From Minisyncoccota bacterium (GTDB lineage: Bacteria > Patescibacteriota > Minisyncoccia > Minisyncoccales > JAQTVQ01): a DNA stretch of 56,426 nt. Location of the stretch: contig JBAZHV010000002.1 in assembly GCA_041652155.1 (NCBI GenBank), positions 1-56,426 on the forward strand. The letters run 5' to 3'. Positions 47,382-56,290 of this stretch are shown here, piece after piece. The position numbers and the translations under genes were made by a program. Each line of letters opens with the position of its first letter. Positions within the stretch are counted from its first letter, which is position 1. The notes below the pieces were generated by a model. That model saw nothing but the letters and a program-made list of their open reading frames with translations. It searched no databases and was not told the origin of the DNA.

Positions 47382-47747
47382 AATAAAAAATTCCTCAAAA
47401 TTTAATAAATCTACGAGATAAAAGCTTTTTTAAAGGTTGCGAAACATCTTTCCGGCAAAATTGGGCCGAACCTCTGTTTGCCCCGCCGGTTTGACACGAC
47501 CTGTTGTATTATTGTATAGCTTTTAACTTAATCATTGTATAGCTTTTACGAAAAAAATCAAAGAGAGGCTTGTTCTTTCCGCTCTATCCTCTCTCCCTCC
47601 GCCAAAAAATAAAAAATCGCCCCGAAAAGACGATTTTTAATTTTATAAAATTACTGATTTTACCCGCGACCTTTCAAGGTCAAAGATCGCCATTCCGCTA
47701 AAACGCTCGGACAATATTGCCAAAAAAATCATGGCCAGCCCGGCTTC

Positions 47748-47778
47748 ATCTTCTGCAGAGATCAGATCTCTGCAGAAG
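47748..47778. repeat. Palindromic element atcttctgcagagatc-a-gatctctgcagaag (14-bp arms), copy 1
   Basis: Read directly. The partner is at 49918-49945. Confidence 0.8.
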
Positions 47779-47822
47779 CAAATTGTCTTTTATGCGCGCC
47801 TCAAAAAGCAACACTTCGCCTT

Positions 47823-49838
47823 TCACATACCGGAAAGAATTTGGGAAAAAATTGTGATACCATCCCTTCCGTCTTTGCCGTTATATCCAGAGTATCCGCC
47901 AATGCCGCCGCTGCCGGGTCTGCCGCCAATTCCGCCAATTCCGCCAGAATTTGAGATCGTACCGGAATTAGTTGCCGTACCCTTGGAAATGATAAATATA
48001 TCGGCTCCATCTTCACCATTGCCGCCATTACCTCCGTTGCCATTATAAACAAGGATAGTACCTCCTGCATAAGAAGCCGAGCCGCCATTTCCTCCATTTC
48101 CTCCGTTGCCGCTCTGGGCATTTATTGTTCCGGTAAAATTAACGGTGCCTCCGACATACATAACAAGCGGTATCGCGGCGCCGGTACCATTCCCGCCGTT
48201 CCCTCCGTTGCCACCAGAAGAATTTTTAAAACTGCTGGCTGCCCCTCCATTTCCGCCGTTCCCCCCGCCGAGGCGTCCGGCTCCTCCGTTCCCTCCGTTG
48301 CCACCAATACCGCCGCTGCCATAGTTGCCGACAGTGGCGTCCCCTCCGCTGCCACCCGCGCCGCCGATACCGGTGAACCCGTCTCCTCCATTACCGCCGT
48401 CCCCTCCGCTGCCGCCATTTGTGGATGACTGGCAGGTATCGCCGTTTCCTCCATTACCGCCGTTTGCGTAACCCCATCCTCCATTACCGCCAGGACCAGT
48501 TTCGCAACCATTTCCAGGATCAGAACCTTTTCCTCCTTTTCCTCCGCTGCCGCCGCTGCCGCCGTTAACTCCTGAAGAACCGCCAGCTCCGCCGCCACCC
48601 TTACCGCCGCCCGCGCCGCCATTGCCGCCGTTGCCAATATTATAACCTCCACCACCTCCGCCGCCGCCGGCAACACCGCCAGAAGTGCCAGCTGCTCCAT
48701 TACCGCCGTTGCCGCCGTTAAAACCGCTGGCGGAACTGCCGGGAAGGCCTGTCGCATTATATGAATTTCCTCCACCCCCGCCGCCGCCAGTCACAGAATT
48801 ACCGCCGCTGCCCGCGCCGCCGCCGGAGGCACCGCCTGATCCATTGCCAGAGGAAATAGATGTTCCACCATTGCCACCGGGCCAGTATCCTTGCCATCCG
48901 CCAAACCCGCCGGCGCCGCCGTTATTAGGAGAAAAAATTGTTACCGGGTTACCGCTCGTGACAGTATCGCCGCGGCTGGTTGTAAAAGAAAAAGGCTTTG
49001 ATCCGCTGGTGACGAGACCTCTTAGTTCGATCGTGCCGGCGATCGTCGCATTGCCTGAAACGTTGATCAAGGCAGGGCCGGTTCCGGTAAAGGCCAATGT
49101 CGCGCCCGATGAAATATTAAAAGAAGAAAAATTATAGACATGGCCTAGCGTGAGAGTTGTGACGCCGGACGTTACGCTGAAAGCTCCGTCGGCCCCTGTT
49201 CCTCCGAGAGGCCCGCTGCTGCTCCCCGCTCCGCTTGCTATCGTCGCCCAAGTGCTCGAAGCCACGCAGGAAGTGCCGATGCAAAGCTGGCCTCCGTTGC
49301 TGATCACCACTTTGCCGTCCGACTGGATGGTCAGAATGTGGCTGCCGTAGGAATTGGCAAAACGATCGGCATAGGTGTATGCGTCCAAATAAAGGTTACT
49401 TCCGTCGGCCAAAAATCCGAAGGAGGATTGGCCGTCCTCGTTATCCACCAGCCGAAAGGAAGGGAGAGCGCTTTCAACGACAGAGTCTTGATAGCCGTAG
49501 CTGCTCTGGAGAATATGGAATTTGGAATATACGGATGGAGCGCCTGTTCCAACCCCGACAGATCCCGCCAAGAGCGTTTGCCCGGCAGGGTTGACGTAAT
49601 ATGCCGTGTTGTCTGCGTCGTAGAATATGGAAGCGGTTAAATTTCCTTGGACAGCCAAAGATCCTGCTTTGGTTTGGGCAATGCCTCCTGTATTCAGCGG
49701 GGCGGCCACGGTTACGGGCATGGTGCCGGTGGGTTCTGTCCAGGCCAGGGCGATGTAGCCGGCCGAGAGGGACAGGACCAGGACCGAGGCGAGGACGGCC
49801 ATGATCCGGGGATTATTGATGCGAAAAAAATTGCGCAT
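47823..49838 (-). CDS. Secreted or anchored Gly/Asn/Ser-rich repeat protein (GGNGGNG-type tracts)
   Basis: Signal/anchor sequence [26 protein letters not shown] structured N-terminal region contains [15 protein letters not shown]. The C-terminal half is dominated by GGxGGxG repeats. Confidence 0.75.
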   Translation of the reverse strand: MRNFFRINNPRIMAVLASVLVLSLSAGYIALAWTEPTGTMPVTVAAPLNTGGIAQTKAGSLAVQGNLTASIFYDADNTAYYVNPAGQTLLAGSVGVGTGAPSVYSKFHILQSSYGYQDSVVESALPSFRLVDNEDGQSSFGFLADGSNLYLDAYTYADRFANSYGSHILTIQSDGKVVISNGGQLCIGTSCVASSTWATIASGAGSSSGPLGGTGADGAFSVTSGVTTLTLGHVYNFSSFNISSGATLAFTGTGPALINVSGNATIAGTIELRGLVTSGSKPFSFTTSRGDTVTSGNPVTIFSPNNGGAGGFGGWQGYWPGGNGGTSISSGNGSGGASGGGAGSGGNSVTGGGGGGGNSYNATGLPGSSASGFNGGNGGNGAAGTSGGVAGGGGGGGGYNIGNGGNGGAGGGKGGGGAGGSSGVNGGSGGSGGKGGKGSDPGNGCETGPGGNGGWGYANGGNGGNGDTCQSSTNGGSGGDGGNGGDGFTGIGGAGGSGGDATVGNYGSGGIGGNGGNGGAGRLGGGNGGNGGAASSFKNSSGGNGGNGGNGTGAAIPLVMYVGGTVNFTGTINAQSGNGGNGGNGGSASYAGGTILVYNGNGGNGGNGEDGADIFIISKGTATNSGTISNSGGIGGIGGRPGSGGIGGYSGYNGKDGRDGITIFSQILSGM

Positions 49839-49917
49839 AGGATCAAATTTAATTAAACGGGATCTGATTATTTATTTCCCATATTTTAGCATAAAAAAAA
49901 TTTCAATAATACTAGCT

Positions 49918-49945
49918 ATCTTCTGCAGAGATTAGATCTCTGCGG
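49918..49945. repeat. Palindromic element atcttctgcagagat-tag-atctctgcgg, copy 2
   Basis: The first 15 nt are identical to 47748-47762. Confidence 0.8.
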
Positions 49946-49951
49946 TTATTT

Positions 49952-50917
49952 TTATTTGCTGGAAAAAGAATTCTGGCCTGCTTCCGCCAGCCTTTGCTGA
50001 TAATCTCCTTTTGTTATCGATCCTTTGGCCAGAAGTTTGTCCAAACCTGCGATATAATTTTGGCGGACGGCCGAGGCGGTAAGGGCGGCGCCGTAGATGC
50101 GGAATGTGTCCATGCTTCCTTGAAAAGCCGGGCCTCCGCTATATGATCCTATATAAAGATTCCTGGCTGGATCGGACAGAACCAGATTGGATAAAGATTT
50201 TGTCGCGCCGAGCTGGGTTCCGTTGATATATAGTTTTGCTTGAGACGAACCTACTGTCAGAACAAGATGATACCAAACGCCGTTGCTGAAAGTGTAAGTG
50301 TATCCTCCAAAATTATTCGGGCCGCCGGCAAACCCTCCGGCGGAATTTCCAAAACAAGTATAATTAAAATTATTCCCGTTATTCCTGTTGTCGTAAGTGA
50401 ACCACCAGCCTGCGTTGGGAGCGACGGAATCGGGATACCCTTTCGAAGCGATGGCCCAAAGCCTGCCCGTCGAGCCGGAATAATCAATGCCGGTAAATTT
50501 GACCCAAGCTTCCACGGTTATCGCGCTGGCAAGGTCGAGACTGCCGCTTGCGCCGCCGTTGCCGCAGTTAAGATAGTCTGACGTGCTGAATTGCAAGCAT
50601 CCTCCGTCAACGCAATCCGCGCCTGATATCCAAACCGGGCTGCCGGAAAAATTACAATTATTTTTCGGGCTGGCCCAGCCGTCCGAGACAACCGTCCCCG
50701 ATCCATCATCGAACCTCCATTCGGAAACAGAGGAAGCGAGCAAAGAGCTTCTCATGGAATTGGAAAAAACTTTAACTTTGGCCAAGCGCGCGCTGTCTGT
50801 GGCTCCGCTCAAATTAACCACGGCCATGCCGGCCAAAATACCCACTATGGCAACGACGATCAGAAGTTCGATCAGGGTAAAACCGAATTTAAATTGTCGG
50901 CTATTTTTTAACGCCAT
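49952..50917 (-). CDS. Type IV pilin-like LamG-domain protein (array member 8, most downstream)
   Basis: KFG|FTLIELLIVVAIVGILAG, CVDGGCLQF, FRIYGAAL and the C-terminal helix NYIAGLDKLLAKG. Confidence 0.85.
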   Translation of the reverse strand: MALKNSRQFKFGFTLIELLIVVAIVGILAGMAVVNLSGATDSARLAKVKVFSNSMRSSLLASSVSEWRFDDGSGTVVSDGWASPKNNCNFSGSPVWISGADCVDGGCLQFSTSDYLNCGNGGASGSLDLASAITVEAWVKFTGIDYSGSTGRLWAIASKGYPDSVAPNAGWWFTYDNRNNGNNFNYTCFGNSAGGFAGGPNNFGGYTYTFSNGVWYHLVLTVGSSQAKLYINGTQLGATKSLSNLVLSDPARNLYIGSYSGGPAFQGSMDTFRIYGAALTASAVRQNYIAGLDKLLAKGSITKGDYQQRLAEAGQNSFSSK

Positions 50918-51797
50918 ATTCTAAATTTATTTCCGATAATTTTTGCCAATATTCTTCCTGGGTAATTTGGCTGCCGGCCAAAAATTTTTCCAGTCCCGCG
51001 AGATATTTTTCCCGGATTTCAAAGGCACTTAGCGCCTGGGTATAAACCTGAACGTCGTCTATGAGGCCTCCAAAAAATTGATTGCTCTGATGCTGTCCGA
51101 CCCTTAAAGGCAGGTCAAAATTGGTCAAAAGGCCGACGCTGGTTCCGATAAAATAAGATTTGCCGTCAAGCCATATCTTCACCGCTCCGGATCCGTCTTT
51201 AGTTAATCCTACTAAATACCATTTCCCGGCGGAAAGATTGACTGTGGCAGTACCTGAAGGAACGCTGGACCTGTCGTTATTCCAAACGTCCGTGTAAAGG
51301 TTCCCGTTGACGGTCCAAAGGCCGGCAACGGCTCCGCTGGCGCTTTTTCTGTGCACGATGATCGCGCGATAACCGTCAAGGAGGGCGGGCTTTATCCAAG
51401 CCAGATAAGTGAGCTGGCCGGGGAACTGCAAATTGTCCGCGTTGGTAAACTCGGCATATCCGCTGGTTCCGTCAAGGCTCAAAGAATAATGGCCGGCGTC
51501 ATTGTAGATCGTGCTGGTGGAATAAAACGCTCCGGCATAAATGACGCCATTATTGGCATTACCGGAAGAGTCACTGGCGTTCTGGCTGTCGAATGTCCAT
51601 TCTCCGGCCAAAGCGGCAGCCATAAAATGCTTGGCCCCAGAGGCGAAACTCTGGCTCTTCGCTACCCTCGCGCTCTCGGTCGCCCCGGACAAATTCACAA
51701 CAACCATCCCGGCCAAAATACCCACGATAGCAATGACGATCAAAAGTTCGATCAGGGTAAAGCCAAATTTAAATTGTCTGTTATTTATTTTCGGCAT
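50901..51797 (-). CDS. Type IV pilin-like LamG-domain protein (array member 7)
   Basis: KFG|FTLIELLIVIAIVGILAG and DDVQVYTQALSAFEIREKYLAGLEKFLAG. Confidence 0.85.
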   Translation of the reverse strand: MPKINNRQFKFGFTLIELLIVIAIVGILAGMVVVNLSGATESARVAKSQSFASGAKHFMAAALAGEWTFDSQNASDSSGNANNGVIYAGAFYSTSTIYNDAGHYSLSLDGTSGYAEFTNADNLQFPGQLTYLAWIKPALLDGYRAIIVHRKSASGAVAGLWTVNGNLYTDVWNNDRSSVPSGTATVNLSAGKWYLVGLTKDGSGAVKIWLDGKSYFIGTSVGLLTNFDLPLRVGQHQSNQFFGGLIDDVQVYTQALSAFEIREKYLAGLEKFLAGSQITQEEYWQKLSEINLEYGVKK

Positions 51798-52701
51798 AGG
51801 TTAAATTCAGGTTCGATAATCTTTGCTCGTATTCCCCCTCCGCCATAATGCCCTTGGCCGACAACCGATCCAGTCCCGATAAATATTCTTCCCTGATCCG
51901 GGAAATTGTCAGCTGCTTGTTATAAACCCTGACCCCGTCGGCCAGTCTGGGATAACTTCCTCCTCCCATCCATCCGTTCCCTGTCGGCGCGATCGGAGCT
52001 TGAGTGTTTGAAGTCGCATAATAGCTTTCCTCTTTTCCGTCTATATATATCTTGGCGTTCAGGATATTATTTATCTCCCCTCCCGCAACGACAAAAACTA
52101 TGTGATGCCACTTGCCGTCCCGCAGATCGGTCCTGCCGTATCTGTAACTTGAGCCGTTCAAATAAATAAGCGGTTTGTATTGGGTCCAATAGCATGGGGA
52201 AAAGGCGGGAAGAGAACCGCTGCCCGCGCCGAACGAGATCAAATATCTGGCGGCCGATCCGGACGCGGAAGAAGGTATATTAACCCAAGCTTCGACGGAA
52301 TAATCTCCGGACAGAGATATCTGGTTGCCCATCGACATATAATCATCCGCCCCATCGAATTGCAGACACCCTTCCGATACGCAAGACGAACCGGTCCTCC
52401 ATCCGTCGGTAAGATCAAAATTAAAATTGTTAAGAATTCCGTTGTTGGTTCCGACCGTATCGGCAACGGCAGTGCCCGACCCCTCGTCAAAATTCCACTC
52501 CGAAACCCGGTTCATCAACAAAGAGCTTCTCACCGAGCTGGAAAAAACTTTAGACTTGGCGATCTTCGCGCTATCGGTCGCCCCCGACAAATTCACCACA
52601 ACCATCCCGGCAAGGATGCCGATGATGGCGATGACCACCAGGAGCTCGATGAGCGTGAAGCCTTTTTGGGTTTTGGATTGTTGGTTATTCGTTGGCTGCA
52701 T
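51781..52701 (-). CDS. Type IV pilin-like LamG-domain protein (array member 6)
   Basis: QKG|FTLIELLVVIAIIGILAG, CVSEGCLQFDGADDY and VRVYNKQL. Confidence 0.85.
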   Translation of the reverse strand: MQPTNNQQSKTQKGFTLIELLVVIAIIGILAGMVVVNLSGATDSAKIAKSKVFSSSVRSSLLMNRVSEWNFDEGSGTAVADTVGTNNGILNNFNFDLTDGWRTGSSCVSEGCLQFDGADDYMSMGNQISLSGDYSVEAWVNIPSSASGSAARYLISFGAGSGSLPAFSPCYWTQYKPLIYLNGSSYRYGRTDLRDGKWHHIVFVVAGGEINNILNAKIYIDGKEESYYATSNTQAPIAPTGNGWMGGGSYPRLADGVRVYNKQLTISRIREEYLSGLDRLSAKGIMAEGEYEQRLSNLNLTYAENK

Positions 52702-53587
52702 AAGTTGAATTCAGATCGGCTAATCTTTTTTGATAATCCTCTTTTGTAATCCGGCCTCCGGCCAAAAGCTTGTCCATGCCGGCGATATAATTTTCGCGGA
52801 TGGCGGAAGCAGGCAGGGCGGAATTGTAAATGCGGACTCCATCAATTGTACCGTTAAAAAAATAACCTCCATCAGTGTATCTGCCTATAAATAGATTTTT
52901 ATTTGTGGCGGAAAGTTTATTCGTATTAGCTATTTCTTTATCGAAATTGCCATCGATAAATATTTTCGCTTTATCATCTGTATCGCTAAAAGTTGCAACA
53001 ATGTGGTGCCAAGATTTTAAACTAATTATCGAATTAGATATGCATTCGGGTGCCCAAGCGCCAATTCTCCACATTATTCTGCTAAAAGGGCTAGTCGAAG
53101 CACCTGTGATAACGAATTGGCTTGGGCCATCATGATCGATTATTCTCATATATGCCGTTAAATCCGATGATAGATAAAGCCACATTTCAACCGAAACTGC
53201 ATTTATAATATTCAAGCTGGGGTCGTTGCCGCAATCTATATAATCGTTGATCCCATCAAGGCTTAAGCAGCTGCCGGAGATGCAATCAACTTTATTGGTT
53301 TTCCAAGTGGGGGAGTTAAACAACGTTCCATTGTTATTCATTCCCGAAATATCATTTGCTGTTGTGCCCGTTCCTTCATCAAAATTCCAATCGCCGACCA
53401 AGCTTGTCGCCATGCTGTGCTGAATGCTCGAAGAAAAATTTTGCCCCTTAGCAATCCTCGCTTTATCGGTCGCCCCCGACATATTTATCACGACCATCCC
53501 GGCCAAAATACCGATGATGGCGATGACAACCAGGAGCTCGATGAGCGTGAATCCTTTTTTAATTTTAAGATCATTTACCGATCGCAT
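52685..53587 (-). CDS. Type IV pilin-like LamG-domain protein (array member 5)
   Basis: KKG|FTLIELLVVIAIIGILAG, CISGSCLSLDGINDY and VRIYNSALPASAIRENYIAGMDKLLAG. Confidence 0.85.
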   Translation of the reverse strand: MRSVNDLKIKKGFTLIELLVVIAIIGILAGMVVINMSGATDKARIAKGQNFSSSIQHSMATSLVGDWNFDEGTGTTANDISGMNNNGTLFNSPTWKTNKVDCISGSCLSLDGINDYIDCGNDPSLNIINAVSVEMWLYLSSDLTAYMRIIDHDGPSQFVITGASTSPFSRIMWRIGAWAPECISNSIISLKSWHHIVATFSDTDDKAKIFIDGNFDKEIANTNKLSATNKNLFIGRYTDGGYFFNGTIDGVRIYNSALPASAIRENYIAGMDKLLAGGRITKEDYQKRLADLNSTYAANE

Positions 53588-54473
53588 AATTTGAATTCAA
53601 TTCCATTGATCTTTTTTGGTATTCTTCTTTGTTTATCCGGCCTTCGCCCCAAAATTTTTCCAGGCCCGCGAGATAATCATTGCGAACCGACGAAGCGGTA
53701 AAAGCTTGGCTGTATATTTTGACTTCGTCAACCAGGCCGTTCATAAATTCTCCCGAACCGTTCCGGCCGATTTCGACATTATTTGCGTTGGAAATCAGCA
53801 GCCCCGAAGCGGTAGCGGCGGAGCCTATGCTTTTCCCATCCAGATAAGCTTTCAACAAGGCGCCGTCATAAACCAAGGCAACATGATGCCAAACATTATT
53901 GGTAAAAACGGTCGAGACCACAGCCGTATGGCCGGCCGCATCATTAATGCGAAAGCCCATATTCGGCCCCTCGCTATCCCTCGTGGCTCTCATCTCAAAA
54001 ACCGATGAGGTGTGGTATCCTTTAGAGATCAAAGTTCTGTAAGCCGCAGAAGGACGGGACTTGAACCAAGCTTCCACGGTCAAAGCGCTATAACCGTTGG
54101 CCAGAGTGTTGTTGACCGATACATAACTGCTTCCGTTGAAATCCGCTGAATAATTTCCCGCTATTCCGCTCCCAAAAGGCGCCTCCGTGGAATAAGCCAA
54201 TGCCCCGACAACGGTTCCGTTGTTGTTATTCCCTGAAGAGTCGTTGGCGTTTTGTCCGTCAAAATTCCAGTTGGCCGGCATATTCAAAGCCATACTGCGC
54301 TGAATGCTGGAGGCAAAGGTTATCCCTTTGGCAATTCTCGCCCTGTCCGCCGCCCCCGACATATTCACGACCGCCATCCCCGCCAGAATGCCGATGATCG
54401 CGACGACAACCAAGAGCTCGATGAGCGTGAAAGCTTTTTGCATTTTGGATTGGCGGCTATTTTCTGGCTGCAT
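53571..54473 (-). CDS. Type IV pilin-like LamG-domain protein (array member 4). It has Ala rather than Gly at position -1 of the cleavage site.
   Basis: QKA|FTLIELLVVVAIIGILAG and VKIYSQAFTASSVRNDYLAGLEKFWGEG. Confidence 0.85.
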   Translation of the reverse strand: MQPENSRQSKMQKAFTLIELLVVVAIIGILAGMAVVNMSGAADRARIAKGITFASSIQRSMALNMPANWNFDGQNANDSSGNNNNGTVVGALAYSTEAPFGSGIAGNYSADFNGSSYVSVNNTLANGYSALTVEAWFKSRPSAAYRTLISKGYHTSSVFEMRATRDSEGPNMGFRINDAAGHTAVVSTVFTNNVWHHVALVYDGALLKAYLDGKSIGSAATASGLLISNANNVEIGRNGSGEFMNGLVDEVKIYSQAFTASSVRNDYLAGLEKFWGEGRINKEEYQKRSMELNSNYAIGK

Positions 54474-55377
54474 AAGTTGAATTTAGATCGGCCAATCTTT
54501 GCCGGTAATCTTGATCCGTTATCTGATTATTGGCTAAAAGTTTATCCAGGCCGGCGAGATAATTTTCGCGAATGGCGGAAGCGGGCAGAGCGGCGTTGTA
54601 GATGCGAACCTCGTCAATAAAAGCATTGAGCGTAGCACCATTCCATATATCTCTCCCTATTTTGGCTGTCCCGCTAGGAGATGCGGTCACGCTAGAAATC
54701 GTTCCCGTATAACTAACGGGTTGCAACACTCCATTTATATATATTTTTGACCTATTCGCGTTTCCCGACTGCGTTCCGTCGAACACGCAAGTAATAAGCT
54801 TCCAATCATTTCCTGATGGTATATCCATTCTAGCATAATTAATTGCCCCATTGTTTGCGAATAACAGCCCTACGGAACTGTGCCAGGCAATTTCTATCCA
54901 TACGCTTGAAGAGTCCGACTGTTTAAAAAATAAAGCGCCGAATCCGCTGGTTCTTTTTACCCACCCTGAAATAGTCAATTGAGAAACTCCATTGACGGAA
55001 GCCATATCGCCGATATCCACATAGTCGTTCGCTCCGTCAAATTGCAAGCATCCTTCGGACACGCAGGACGAACCGGTCCTCCAGCCGTCGGTTGAATCAA
55101 AATTAAAATTGATGAGGGATCCGTTATTGGCTCCTACGGTATCGGCAACGGCAGAGCCCGCCACTTCGTCGAATCTCCATTCCGAAACTCGATTCATCAG
55201 CAAAGCGCTGTGGAGAGAAGAAGAAAATGCTTTGGATTTTGCCACCCTCGCGCTCTCCGTCGCCCCCGACATGTTCACCGCAACCATCCCGGCCAGAATA
55301 CCGATGATGGCGATGACGATAAGAAGCTCGATGAGGGTGAAGCCGGTTTTGATATTTTGATTATTCATGCGCCGCAT
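54457..55377 (-). CDS. Type IV pilin-like LamG-domain protein (array member 3)
   Basis: KTG|FTLIELLIVIAIIGILAG, CVSEGCLQFDGANDY and VRIYNAALPASAIRENYLAGLDKLLANN. Confidence 0.85.
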   Translation of the reverse strand: MRRMNNQNIKTGFTLIELLIVIAIIGILAGMVAVNMSGATESARVAKSKAFSSSLHSALLMNRVSEWRFDEVAGSAVADTVGANNGSLINFNFDSTDGWRTGSSCVSEGCLQFDGANDYVDIGDMASVNGVSQLTISGWVKRTSGFGALFFKQSDSSSVWIEIAWHSSVGLLFANNGAINYARMDIPSGNDWKLITCVFDGTQSGNANRSKIYINGVLQPVSYTGTISSVTASPSGTAKIGRDIWNGATLNAFIDEVRIYNAALPASAIRENYLAGLDKLLANNQITDQDYRQRLADLNSTYAARK

Positions 55378-56290
55378 AGTTTAAATTTAAGTCCGACAGC
55401 CTCTGTTCATAATTTTGCAAAGCAATTTCCCGGGAGGCCAAAAGTCTGTCCAATCCTGCGAGATAATTTTCGCGGACGGCGGAAGCGGGCAGGGCGGCGT
55501 TATGGATGCGGACATCGTCTAATACTCCTTTAAAATAACGCTCCAAGCCGGAGCTTCCAAACTGCAAGTTATAAAATCCATTGCCGATGGTCAGGCTGTT
55601 GGAAGAACTCGAACCGACGGCAACGCCATTTTTATACCATTGAAAAATATTTCCGGACCTCGAAAGAGTCAAATAGTTCCACTGGTCTTGAGCCATATTC
55701 GCTTCCACAGTATATGCAATGCCCCAAGGGCTGCCCGCCACATCATCGGCCACGAATCCGATATCTCCTCCGTGAGAAATATTCGTCGTTATATCCCATC
55801 CCAAATTATAACCGCTTCCTTTGTGAGTGCCCATTACGGCCCGATAATTTCCCGTGTTGACGATATTCGGTTTGAGCCAAAAAGAGATGGTGAAATCATT
55901 TTTGCCTTCGACTGGCGCATCGATATTTCCCATGTCGATATAATCATTCACGCCGTCGAAACTCATCGAATACTGTCCGGCTGTGCCGCCGCTCAAAGGG
56001 ACGGTCGTGGTCGCGACGGCTCCGCTGATGGTGCCGTTGTTGTCATTGCCGGAAGAATCGCTGGCATTCTGTCCGTCGAAATTCCAGTCGCCGACCAAAT
56101 TTGTCGCCATACTGCGCTGGATGCTGGCGGCAAAGGTTATCCCTTTGGCAATACGGGCTTTGTCCGTCGCCCCCGACATGTTCACTGTTATCATCCCGGC
56201 CAAAATGCCGATGATGGCGATGACCACCAAAAGCTCGATGAGGGTAAAAGCTTTTTGCGTTTTGGATTGTCGGCTATTCTTCGATTGCAT
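55361..56290 (-). CDS. Type IV pilin-like LamG-domain protein (array member 2). It has Ala at position -1.
   Basis: QKA|FTLIELLVVIAIIGILAG and VRIHNAALPASAVRENYLAGLDRLLAS. Confidence 0.85.
   Translation of the reverse strand: MQSKNSRQSKTQKAFTLIELLVVIAIIGILAGMITVNMSGATDKARIAKGITFAASIQRSMATNLVGDWNFDGQNASDSSGNDNNGTISGAVATTTVPLSGGTAGQYSMSFDGVNDYIDMGNIDAPVEGKNDFTISFWLKPNIVNTGNYRAVMGTHKGSGYNLGWDITTNISHGGDIGFVADDVAGSPWGIAYTVEANMAQDQWNYLTLSRSGNIFQWYKNGVAVGSSSSNSLTIGNGFYNLQFGSSGLERYFKGVLDDVRIHNAALPASAVRENYLAGLDRLLASREIALQNYEQRLSDLNLNYAAHE

Noticed and set aside
47655-47725. tRNA-like fragment on the minus strand (GTCCGAGCG...GACCTTGAAAGGTC...GCGGGT)
   Set aside because: I could not fold it into a cloverleaf. 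There is no complementary acceptor stem, and the candidate anticodon arm has a 4-nt loop.
47731-49137. Plus-strand ORFs encoding proline-rich peptides (PPLPP...) and other overlapping ORFs across the Gly-rich gene
   Set aside because: They are the antisense or frame-shifted readout of GGN-type codon repeats. The long minus-strand frame has a signal sequence and a structured N-terminal domain, so it is the real gene.
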